Shown one piece after another: positions 28,432 to 36,837 of a DNA stretch of 39,466 nt. The first letter of the stretch is position 1, and each line of letters opens with the position of its first letter. The notes beneath the pieces are model-generated. The model made no database searches, had not been told where the DNA came from, and saw nothing but the letters and a program-made list of their open reading frames with translations. The DNA comes from Candidatus Micrarchaeia archaeon. GTDB lineage: Archaea; Micrarchaeota; Micrarchaeia; Micrarchaeales; Micrarchaeaceae. Location: positions 1 to 39,466 of the forward strand of contig JBMFWY010000008.1 of the NCBI GenBank assembly GCA_049964795.1, in the 5' to 3' direction. The position numbers were made by a program, and so were the translations under genes.

Positions 28432-29229
28432 CTAAACACCAATGCGCCTAACAGGCACAGCACCCGCTTTAGACAAATAATCCCCTGCCTCTATGCCCGC
28501 GAGGATTTCAGGTACAACGCAGAGCGCTGCTCCAGCCCTATGCATCTTCGTGACTGAGCTTTCTTGCGAAGCTTTTGATATTATTTTTACCTTGCTGTTT
28601 AGATAATGCGCGGTTACCACCCCAAAGAGGTTTTTGTAATCGTCTTTTGATGAGAATACTATTGCCTTAGCCTTTTCGATCATCGCACCCTTCAGCACGC
28701 TGTCCTTGGTGAAATCACCTTTGATAAATTGGTAGCCAAGGCTTTGTATTACTTCAAGCTTCTTTTCATCTTCTTCTATTACTATAAAATCCATACCCTT
28801 GTCCTTTAGTGACTTGCACACATCTTCCACAACATCATAGTAGCCTGCGATAATCACATGGTGCTTAAGGCGCCGCGCTTTCAGAAGTAAAAACCTGGAG
28901 CGTATGTCTATGCGTGTAATCAGCTGCACGAATATGCTTATCAGGAAACCTATTACCACTATCCTAACAAACCCGTCTACTACCACAAGCGTTGTAAGAA
29001 GGTCGAAATTGCTGCTAAAAAGCGGTAGGAAGCCCGAGATTGAGGCAAAAGGATCTACGCCGTTGGCATTGAAGAAAACGTATGCTATAGTATAAAGGGC
29101 TTCGTAGACATTGTGAAATATGCCGTAAACTACATTGAATGTCACAAGTATGGGTATTAGAGAAAGAAGCAGAAGCAGGAATAGCAGGAACCATCCGAAC
29201 TTTATCTCTTCTACACTTTCCTCAGCCAT
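28432..29229 (-). CDS. Two-TM channel-like protein with a TrkA-N/RCK domain and degenerate filter
   Basis: LKHHVIIAGY, FIVIEED, GDFT...L..A.IEKA, DD..N and AGA...V.PE. The pore-loop position reads ALYTIAYVFFNANGVD. Confidence 0.82.
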   Translation of the reverse strand: MAEESVEEIKFGWFLLFLLLLLSLIPILVTFNVVYGIFHNVYEALYTIAYVFFNANGVDPFASISGFLPLFSSNFDLLTTLVVVDGFVRIVVIGFLISIFVQLITRIDIRSRFLLLKARRLKHHVIIAGYYDVVEDVCKSLKDKGMDFIVIEEDEKKLEVIQSLGYQFIKGDFTKDSVLKGAMIEKAKAIVFSSKDDYKNLFGVVTAHYLNSKVKIISKASQESSVTKMHRAGAALCVVPEILAGIEAGDYLSKAGAVPVRRIGV

Positions 29230-29334
29230 TTTAACAAACCCTTTTTCCGCTTGCCGTTCCGAAGCACAAGCGGAGCAATGTGCATTGAATCAGCGAGACA
29301 TCTCTGCTGCCAGATGAGCATGCTTGCATTGCTT

Positions 29335-29757
29335 TCATTTGTTTTTGAGTATCTCGTTAAGTATTTCCTTGCTTGCACTTTTCTGCGGCAACACCACGTA
29401 ATCCGCCCCTGCTTCGACAAGCTTTTCCTTTACGAATGCATCATTCGCACGAGTGGCTATGAAAGCTTTTGGATTGAGATCCCTTGCGGTAAGCACTGCA
29501 AAAAGATCCTTCGCGTCATTGTCCATCGCGATTGCAACCGCTTTTGCGGTTTCTATGCTCGCTTCTTTAAGCGATTTTGAGGTTGTAGCGTCGCCGCTTA
29601 TGACGTTGTAGCCAAGCTCCTTTATCTTTTCAACCTTTTGCGGATCTGTCTCCACTATGACAAACTTCACCCCTTTGCCTAGAAGAGTCTCTACGACTTT
29701 TTCCCCCACGGTGCCGTACCCACAAACTATTACATGGTCGCTTATCTGAAGCTTCAT
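29335..29757 (-). CDS. Stand-alone TrkA-N/RCK domain protein (140 aa)
   Basis: HVIVCGYGTVG (GxGxxG), GDAT, A.I..AKA, LTAR.LNP and AGADYVV.P. Start ATG 29757 after AGGTG. Confidence 0.9.
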   Translation of the reverse strand: MKLQISDHVIVCGYGTVGEKVVETLLGKGVKFVIVETDPQKVEKIKELGYNVISGDATTSKSLKEASIETAKAVAIAMDNDAKDLFAVLTARDLNPKAFIATRANDAFVKEKLVEAGADYVVLPQKSASKEILNEILKNK

Positions 29758-29991
29758 GGCTGTGCACCTAAAGCGATTAAAGTATCTGAATGAGCTTATA
29801 AAAAGATTGCTGTGCTGCAATTCAAAGCGAAGAATAGGCTTGAGAAATAGCTCCAGCCAGATTCGAGCTGGCGTTTGCAGGTCCAGAGCCTGCCGTCCTT
29901 GTCCACTAGACGATGGAGCTATCCAACAAACTGCATCTGCACTAATTATTTTACGCAACAATTTTTATACCCTCTTGCTTAAATATTTTCC

Positions 29992-30699
29992 ATGTCAATT
30001 CGCGAAAATGTCGCAATAATCCAGGAGCTCAAGGACATCGTAATCGCAGACCTGACTCTTACGCTTGCATTCGCTATTGTCTATGCAGGTAGGCTTGGCG
30101 GAATCATCTCCCTCTTTTCAAACCCTGCCAAATTTGCCCAGGCTTTCGCATACTACTTGCCAATGGCCTTTGTGGCTGTAAGCCTTGTTTTTGTGCTGCA
30201 CGAGCTTATGCACAAGTTCACCGCACAGCACTACGGCGCGATAGCTGGGTTCAAAGCATCAAGAAACGGCTTGCTTATAACGATAGCTACGGGTGCATTC
30301 GGTTTTCTGCTTGGCATACCTGGAGCTACAGTCATATATGCGCACAACTTCAGCAAGAGGGAAATGGGAATAGTGGCGCTTGCCGGACCGCTGGTGAATT
30401 TTGCCATATTCGCTATATTTCTTGCGCTTTACTTTCTTGCATCTCCGGGGAGCTACGTATCTTCAATGTTCTACTTTGTCATGTTTGTAAGCATATTGCT
30501 GGCTTTCTTCAATATGCTGCCTGCATACCCTCTCGACGGCAGCAAGGTTCTTGCATGGAACAAAAAGATTTATGCTGTTTCGATGTTGTGCATATTTGCA
30601 CTTATGTACCTATTCACAGGGCTTCCGCTCTCTTACATAATAATGCTTGTCATAATTGCATATTTTATATCGACAATGTACAGAGGCATAGGCTTCTGA
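29992..30699 (+). CDS. Site-2 protease (M50 intramembrane metalloprotease)
   Basis: HELMH, ALAGP.VN and FNMLP..PLDGSK motifs; multiple TM helices. Confidence 0.93.
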   Translation: MSIRENVAIIQELKDIVIADLTLTLAFAIVYAGRLGGIISLFSNPAKFAQAFAYYLPMAFVAVSLVFVLHELMHKFTAQHYGAIAGFKASRNGLLITIATGAFGFLLGIPGATVIYAHNFSKREMGIVALAGPLVNFAIFAIFLALYFLASPGSYVSSMFYFVMFVSILLAFFNMLPAYPLDGSKVLAWNKKIYAVSMLCIFALMYLFTGLPLSYIIMLVIIAYFISTMYRGIGF

Positions 30700-31202
30700 G
30701 TTTTCATGTTTTCAATTTAGATGGGTAGCAGCTCATTGCGATTTGGCAGAAAGACAATGTTGCTCGACAACTTCCTTTTTTACTATTTTAAAAGGCATAA
30801 AAACTAAGGTGCGTATATTGATTTTTGAGGCAACATGGAAATTGCAAGGCAAAATTTAAATCTGCATGACTAACAGTTGTTTAAGCGTGGAAGCCCATCA
30901 GAATACATGCAGGGAAAAACAAATGCGGCAGCCTAGGGCATATAAAAGACCTTTTTCTTTTTTTAATGGTGAGTTCGGTGAATACGTTTCTCTCTAAATT
31001 CAAGAAGGGGCATATCGATGAACTGCTTCTCAAGGAAGCTGCATGCAACCAATTCATCGCTTAATTCGAAAGTTAATACGGAATAAGGCATTTGTTGTTT
31101 ACTAAAAATTATTAACCGGCTCCAGAAAAACAAAAAAACTATAAGTATTTATTGATTTATTCTGTTAGTATATTGCATTTTAGGTTTGTAGAAGGGGCTT
31201 AA

Positions 31203-32495
31203 ATGGCAGGAGAAGGGGATAAAGACTCAAAAATAGTAAAAACATCGATAGACTCTCTCATTGAATTCATAAAGTCGAAAGGCACGGCCATAGAAATAAG
31301 CACTGCCGCCTCGGCTTTGGGAATAGCAGAACCAATAGCAGAGCAATGGGCAAAAATCCTCGAGGAGGCGAATCTCATAAAGATAAGTTATAGAGTAGGC
31401 AAAATGTTTGTGGAACCTATAACACTGTCTCCTGAGAACAGCAGGATAGTAGAGACAAAGATAGCGACAAAAAGAGACATGCTCGAGGAAGAAGTCTCCA
31501 TGCAGCTGAAGCAACTTGATAAAATAGGAGATATAATAGACGCGGCAAAAATTTCCGCCAGCAATGCCGAAACGGTATTCAGGCAAAAAGCACCAGAAAT
31601 GCAGCAGAGGCTCAACGAGATAAACAAAGTGTATGAAAATGTGAATATTCAATACAAGTACATACAAGAAGCAAGCAGCAAAGTGGAGGAAACAAGCGGA
31701 AGGATAAACAAGGAATTAGACGCGCTTATTGCAAAGATAAACGGATACTCTTCAAGCAATGTGGCAAAAACCATAGAGGATCTTCAGGCTAAAATAGCAG
31801 AAACAACAAAAAGCACAAGCGAAGTGAACGGCGAGCTCGGGACAATATTAAAGGAGAAGGACAAAGCCATAGATAACATAAGGAAGAACTTAGAGAAGGA
31901 GATTGAAACGCTTAAAAAGCAGGTTAATGGGCAATTTGAAGACCTCAACAAAAAGGTAAAAATCGCGGTAGAGCAGATAAAAGAGCAAGAGAGGCAGCTT
32001 GCAACATATGATAAAGAGATAAAGGAGGTAATGCAAAGCATAGAGCAGTTCAACAAGCAGAAAAATGTATATATAAAGGAGATTAACTCTGCAAAAGTAT
32101 ACTTCAACGACCAATATTCAACAAGAAGGCAGGAGATAGAAAGAAGTATAGGCTCGTTCGAAAAAGAGCTTAAAGACTTCAACTCGAGCGTAGACAATTT
32201 GAAAAAATCTTTCGGAGGAGTAGCAGAAATATATGACTCTATAACCAACGCAAAGAATGACTTGGCTGTTGCTGAAAAAGAATTGGAAAGTGCAAAGAGC
32301 GAGGCTTCAAAGCTTTACGAAATGGTAAAGGCGCTTGCTGTCGCCACTGATTTGACTCCTACAAAGAAAGCTGAAAAACTTAATGAGCTCTCCAACTCTG
32401 CCAAAAGCCTTAATGAGAAAGTTGATGGTATACGTGAAAAAATAACCAAAGCAGCTGGAAATATAAAGTCGGAAGGGGGAAAAGACGATGCCTGA
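31203..32495 (+). CDS. Long coiled-coil protein with an N-terminal winged-helix-like domain
   Basis: T.ID.L...IK....I....A..LG......EQWAKILEE..LIKI.Y followed by about 340 aa of heptad-rich sequence; overlaps the ATPase start. Confidence 0.8.
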   Translation: MAGEGDKDSKIVKTSIDSLIEFIKSKGTAIEISTAASALGIAEPIAEQWAKILEEANLIKISYRVGKMFVEPITLSPENSRIVETKIATKRDMLEEEVSMQLKQLDKIGDIIDAAKISASNAETVFRQKAPEMQQRLNEINKVYENVNIQYKYIQEASSKVEETSGRINKELDALIAKINGYSSSNVAKTIEDLQAKIAETTKSTSEVNGELGTILKEKDKAIDNIRKNLEKEIETLKKQVNGQFEDLNKKVKIAVEQIKEQERQLATYDKEIKEVMQSIEQFNKQKNVYIKEINSAKVYFNDQYSTRRQEIERSIGSFEKELKDFNSSVDNLKKSFGGVAEIYDSITNAKNDLAVAEKELESAKSEASKLYEMVKALAVATDLTPTKKAEKLNELSNSAKSLNEKVDGIREKITKAAGNIKSEGGKDDA

Positions 32496-33984
32496 GGAAG
32501 AGAAGATACTTGACCAATACGACCTTAATGTAAGAGGTATGATGGTAAACATAAAGATAGCGCAGCAAAGCGACTTTGTGCCAAGTTATGAAGTCACCTT
32601 TTCAGGTATAGGCGAAGCTACAAAGCTGCTTCTGCTCTCTTTGAGAGGAGAGCTGCTTTCGATGGTTCCGATAGACCCTTCTAGGATAGAAAATGAAGAG
32701 TATGTTGAAGAGCTCAACAACAAGTATATAGAAGCTAGCTCCGTTCTTCTTGACAAGTACTTGCCTGGCACAACAAGCGACGTGAAGCGCATCCTTACTT
32801 CATACATACTCATAATGATGCTCGGCCTTGGAGATTTGGAAGCGCCGCTTGCGGACGACAATCTGGAAGAAATTGCGACTAACGGAAGCACTGTGCCAAT
32901 ATGGGTTTTTCACAAGATATATGGATGGTGCAAGACAAACATAAAGCCGAGCGGAGAAGATTGGATTTATAATCAAGCCTCGCAGATAGGAAGAAGAGTA
33001 GGCAGGGAGATAAACAACCTTTCTCCTTTGATGGACGCTGAATTGCCTGATGGCTCTAGAGTAAACGCCACTTTGTACCCCATTTCCCAATCGGGAAATA
33101 CGATCACCATAAGAAAATTCGGTAAAAACCCGTGGTCCATGCCTGCGCTTATAAAAAACGGCACTATTAGCATAGAGCTTGCTTCGCTTGTCTGGGTATG
33201 CATAGCAAACGAAATAAGCCTGCTCATATCTGGAGGAACGGCAAGCGGAAAGACAAGTTTTCTCAATGCTTCCAGTATATTCTTCCCTGCAAACAGAAGA
33301 ATAATATCAGTAGAAGAGACAAGGGAACTTACGCTTCCGGGATTCTTGCAGTGGATACCCATGATCACAAGGCAGCCTAACCCGGAGGGCAAGGGAGAGG
33401 TAACACTTTATGACCTGATGATAAACGCGCTAAGGCAAAGGCCTGACATAATGCTAGTAGGGGAAATAAGGACGGAAAAAGACGCAGAGACCCTTTTCGA
33501 AGCAATACACACGGGGCATTCCGTTTACGGCACAATACACGCTGATAATGCCCAAGATACAATAATTAGGATTACCAATCCGCCAATAGACGCGCCGAAG
33601 ATCACGCTTAATGCATTGGGAGGCATAGTCGTGCTTTTCAGGCACAGGATGAAAGGCATAAGAAGAGTCCTTGAATTTGGGGAGGTACTTAGGACAGGGG
33701 ATGTTAACGTATTGTACAGATGGAACATGCACGATGATACCTTCCAGCAGGTAAGCGAAATGACAAGGCTTTCAGAAACTCTTTCCCTTTACGCAGGCAT
33801 AACAAAGAAGGATTTGGCTGCCGAGATCGCCGAAAAGGGCGAAGTCTTGGACTACATGGTCAGGAATGACATAACTGATGTAGACGATGCCGGATTCATA
33901 ATAGCAAATTATTATAGGAACAAGAGTAAAGTGCTTGATGTCGTAAGAAATAATGTAAAGTTTTCACGTGATGTTTTTGGCTGA
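32488..33984 (+). CDS. Type II/IV secretion-pilus assembly ATPase (CpaF/TadA/VirB11 family)
   Basis: DA.LPDGSRVNAT, TITIRKF, Walker A GGTASGKT, E.TREL, ALRQRPD..LVGEIR and His box HTGH...GTIHA. Confidence 0.95.
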   Translation: MPEEEKILDQYDLNVRGMMVNIKIAQQSDFVPSYEVTFSGIGEATKLLLLSLRGELLSMVPIDPSRIENEEYVEELNNKYIEASSVLLDKYLPGTTSDVKRILTSYILIMMLGLGDLEAPLADDNLEEIATNGSTVPIWVFHKIYGWCKTNIKPSGEDWIYNQASQIGRRVGREINNLSPLMDAELPDGSRVNATLYPISQSGNTITIRKFGKNPWSMPALIKNGTISIELASLVWVCIANEISLLISGGTASGKTSFLNASSIFFPANRRIISVEETRELTLPGFLQWIPMITRQPNPEGKGEVTLYDLMINALRQRPDIMLVGEIRTEKDAETLFEAIHTGHSVYGTIHADNAQDTIIRITNPPIDAPKITLNALGGIVVLFRHRMKGIRRVLEFGEVLRTGDVNVLYRWNMHDDTFQQVSEMTRLSETLSLYAGITKKDLAAEIAEKGEVLDYMVRNDITDVDDAGFIIANYYRNKSKVLDVVRNNVKFSRDVFG

Positions 33985-34636
33985 AAGCTCCTCTATGCAA
34001 TACCAGCAATTGGTCGAATTTATACAATCTGCCGAAGCGGAAGGGAAAAGCGATGAAGGTATTGTCATTGATATCGATCGCGCTTTATCCGGTGAGATTT
34101 ACCAGAAGGAAGTCCCTAACGGCTATTCAAAGCTATTGGAGCTAATCGAAAGCACTGAAACAGGTAGACAAAAGCAGAAAGAAGAGCCTAAAGAACACAA
34201 GGAAGTGCAAGAGCATATAGTAGTATCAGGGCTCGAGCAGGCAAAATATTCAAATCCCTCCCCTATAGCAAGGGAGGAAGAAGAGGTAAAGAAAGACCTT
34301 GCAGAGATAAAGGATAAAATCTCAGGCATTGTTCCAAAGGTAAAGGAGATTAAGAAGCCAAGGGCGAAGAGCAGCGACTTGGTTTTACCTACCCTTTCGC
34401 TTACAGACCAGATAGCAGAGCTGGAGAGAGTAATAGAAGGGATAAAGGAAGGTATATTTGATGAAGAGCACCTTGAGATAGTAAAGCTCGAAGTATTCGG
34501 GCTGCACGACATAGTTGAAAAAGCTGAGAGAAAAAAGAAAAGGGCAGAGGCTAACGGCAGCGAGATAGAAGGGTCGCTAGTGGAAGTTAGAAACCAAAGG
34601 CTCGAAGAAGCGATTGCTCTTCTGCAAAACAGATGA
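33977..34636 (+). CDS. Hypothetical acidic, helical protein in the pilus operon
   Basis: Tightly packed between the ATPase and T2SSF genes; E/K-rich. Start uncertain (33968-33995). Confidence 0.75.
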   Translation: MAESSSMQYQQLVEFIQSAEAEGKSDEGIVIDIDRALSGEIYQKEVPNGYSKLLELIESTETGRQKQKEEPKEHKEVQEHIVVSGLEQAKYSNPSPIAREEEEVKKDLAEIKDKISGIVPKVKEIKKPRAKSSDLVLPTLSLTDQIAELERVIEGIKEGIFDEEHLEIVKLEVFGLHDIVEKAERKKKRAEANGSEIEGSLVEVRNQRLEEAIALLQNR

Positions 34637-34657
34637 AGTGCTTAAAAAGAGGATAGG

Positions 34658-35716
34658 ATGTTTGGAAAACAAAAGCCCAGGATTGTGAACGTTGGCGGCC
34701 AGAGCATAGCGCTTGAGCCCAAGCCGAGCAAACTGGGTTTAGCATTTCGAAAGAAGCCAAAAACTCCTGGCTTTTTTGACACGAAAGCGCAAAAGCCTCA
34801 AGATCAGGTACAGCCAAAGCCCGCTATGGCAATGCCACAACAAAAAGCGCAGATGCAAGGACCCGTCGCAGCAGGCAAGGGGAGCAAATGGAAGCATTAT
34901 GTAGAAGGCATGGCCGCAAAGCACAAGGGCTTGGAGGCTACGCTCAGGGAGCAGGGCATAAAATCCAGCGTCTTTGAATTTGTGCAGCGAATGATCATAG
35001 CGTCTGTGATGGTAGCGATAGCAATAGCAGTCGCAATGATAATACTTTTTATCAAGATAGGGTTAAGCACAGTGTCGAGCGTTGTGTTTGGCGCAATGCT
35101 CGGAATTGCAATATTTTATGTTGCGCTGGGCTCGTTTCTTAATTTCCCTTCACAGAAAGGCAAAAAATCTGCGAAGAACGTGGAGCGCGACATACTTTTC
35201 GCGGCAAGGGATATGATAATTTCGCTTAGGTCCGGCATGCCTCTCTACAACGCAATAACATCCGTAAGCACGGGCTATGGAGATGCAAGCAAAGAGTTTG
35301 CAAAAATAGTGGAAAGAGTGCAGCTTAATATGCCGCTAGAAGAAGCGATAGACACTACAATTGCCGAGACAAAAAGTGAATCTTTCAGAAGGATAATGCT
35401 GCAGGCTTCAGTGAGCATAAAGGCTGGGGCCGACGTGATCTCGGCGCTGCAGAGCGTAATAGACATGCTCACCCAGGAGAGAGTAATAGAATTAAGGAGA
35501 TATGGACAAAGGCTCAACGCGATTGCAATGTTCTACATGCTTTTCGGAATAATACTGCCGAGCATGGGAATTGCCGTAGTAACAATACTCACCACATTCA
35601 TCTCCATATTTACAATAACTACTACCACCTTGTACGCTGCGCTTGTTGGAATATTTTTCCTGCAGATAATATTCCTGAAGCTAATAACAGGTTCGAGGCC
35701 TACTTTCAGCATGTGA
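34658..35716 (+). CDS. Type II secretion F / TadC-like membrane platform protein
   Basis: I.LRSGMPL..A...V..GYG..S.EF..I...V....PLEEA and GAD...AL; TM helices; Q/P/K-rich N-terminus. Confidence 0.9.
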   Translation: MFGKQKPRIVNVGGQSIALEPKPSKLGLAFRKKPKTPGFFDTKAQKPQDQVQPKPAMAMPQQKAQMQGPVAAGKGSKWKHYVEGMAAKHKGLEATLREQGIKSSVFEFVQRMIIASVMVAIAIAVAMIILFIKIGLSTVSSVVFGAMLGIAIFYVALGSFLNFPSQKGKKSAKNVERDILFAARDMIISLRSGMPLYNAITSVSTGYGDASKEFAKIVERVQLNMPLEEAIDTTIAETKSESFRRIMLQASVSIKAGADVISALQSVIDMLTQERVIELRRYGQRLNAIAMFYMLFGIILPSMGIAVVTILTTFISIFTITTTTLYAALVGIFFLQIIFLKLITGSRPTFSM

Positions 35717-35720
35717 TTTT

Positions 35721-36722
35721 ATGCCAAAAATTCCACAGATTAACTTTGAAAGGCTTGTCTCGAGGCAAGTTGCGCGCAGGTTCTCGAAACTGCTCGACCT
35801 TGCAGGCATAAAGATGAGCATAAACAAGCTGCTCGAGATAATTATAGTGGGGTCTTTCGCGATATTTGTAATTGCACTATTTGCCTTATACACTCTTAAG
35901 TTTTCCATGCCGGTAGACATAGTGCTTGCGTTTGTTAGCGCGGGCGTATACATAGCAGCGATATACATGGTGCTGCAGTATTTCATAGACAAGAGGAAGA
36001 CGCTGCTTGAACAGATGCTTCCAGATTACTTCCAGATTGCTTCGGCTAACTTGAGAAGCGGAATTGCGCTGGACAGGGCGCTTCTGCTTGCAGCAAGGCC
36101 TGAATTCAAGTTCTTTAGCGATGACGTAAAGGATATGGGTAGGAGAGTGCTTGGTGGCGAGACGCTTGACACCGCACTCAACGAGCTAGCAGGCAAATAC
36201 CGCTCGTTCCAGCTGCAGCATGCTGTGCGCATGATGCTAGAGGCAGTAAGGTTTGGGGGTGCAATGGCCGACCTCCTGGACCAGCTGAGCAGGGACTTAA
36301 GAAACCAGCAGCTTATGCAGAAAGAAGTTGCGGGGCAGCTTCTCATGTACAGTATCTTCATAGCATTCGCAGGCCTGATTGCAGCGCCAGTGCTTTATGG
36401 CCTTACAAGCCAGATGATTGTGGTAACGGACACGGTATGGAAGGGGATACTTGCGCAGAACCCAGGGGGCTTGCCCACTACAGGAGTGTCTTTTCTCAAG
36501 CCAAGCCCGCCGAAAATAAGCCCGAACACGTACCACGAGTTTTCCATACTTGCGATCATCACCATAACAGGATTTGCGAGCCTGATAATGTCCGCTATAT
36601 CTTCAGGCTCGACGATAAAAGGAATACGCTATCTGCCTATATTCATAGTCGCAGGATTTGGAATATACCTAGTAGTGCAGAACCTAATAGGAGCGATATT
36701 CTCCAGCATAGGCAGTGTCTGA
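35721..36722 (+). CDS. Type II secretion F / TadC-like membrane platform protein
   Basis: E..LPD.......NLRSG...D.AL....RPEF, GE.L..AL and GG.MA.LL; TM helices. Confidence 0.9.
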   Translation: MPKIPQINFERLVSRQVARRFSKLLDLAGIKMSINKLLEIIIVGSFAIFVIALFALYTLKFSMPVDIVLAFVSAGVYIAAIYMVLQYFIDKRKTLLEQMLPDYFQIASANLRSGIALDRALLLAARPEFKFFSDDVKDMGRRVLGGETLDTALNELAGKYRSFQLQHAVRMMLEAVRFGGAMADLLDQLSRDLRNQQLMQKEVAGQLLMYSIFIAFAGLIAAPVLYGLTSQMIVVTDTVWKGILAQNPGGLPTTGVSFLKPSPPKISPNTYHEFSILAIITITGFASLIMSAISSGSTIKGIRYLPIFIVAGFGIYLVVQNLIGAIFSSIGSV

Positions 36723-36805
36723 TTTGATTGTTTTTTATTGGGTTTCGCGAGCAATTCATAGAGAAACAGAGCGGAATAAAAAATTTGCCTGCAATTCCTA
36801 GGCGC

Positions 36806-36829
36806 TTATTTTATTCTTTATTTTATTCT
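36806..36829. repeat. Tandem duplication (TTATTTTATTCT)x2 in the T-rich convergent intergenic region, probably part of a terminator
   Basis: Read directly from the sequence. Confidence 0.5.
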
Positions 36830-36837
36830 TTTTATGC

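Noticed and set aside
29758-29961. N-terminal extension of the 208-aa RCK ORF, and similar extensions at 2062-2208 and 22496-22591
   Set aside because: Non-protein-like sequence overlapping promoter DNA; better starts exist downstream.
32488-36722. Archaellum (fla/arl) operon
   Set aside because: No archaellin, FlaH, FlaF or FlaG, and two short T2SSF genes rather than one long FlaJ.
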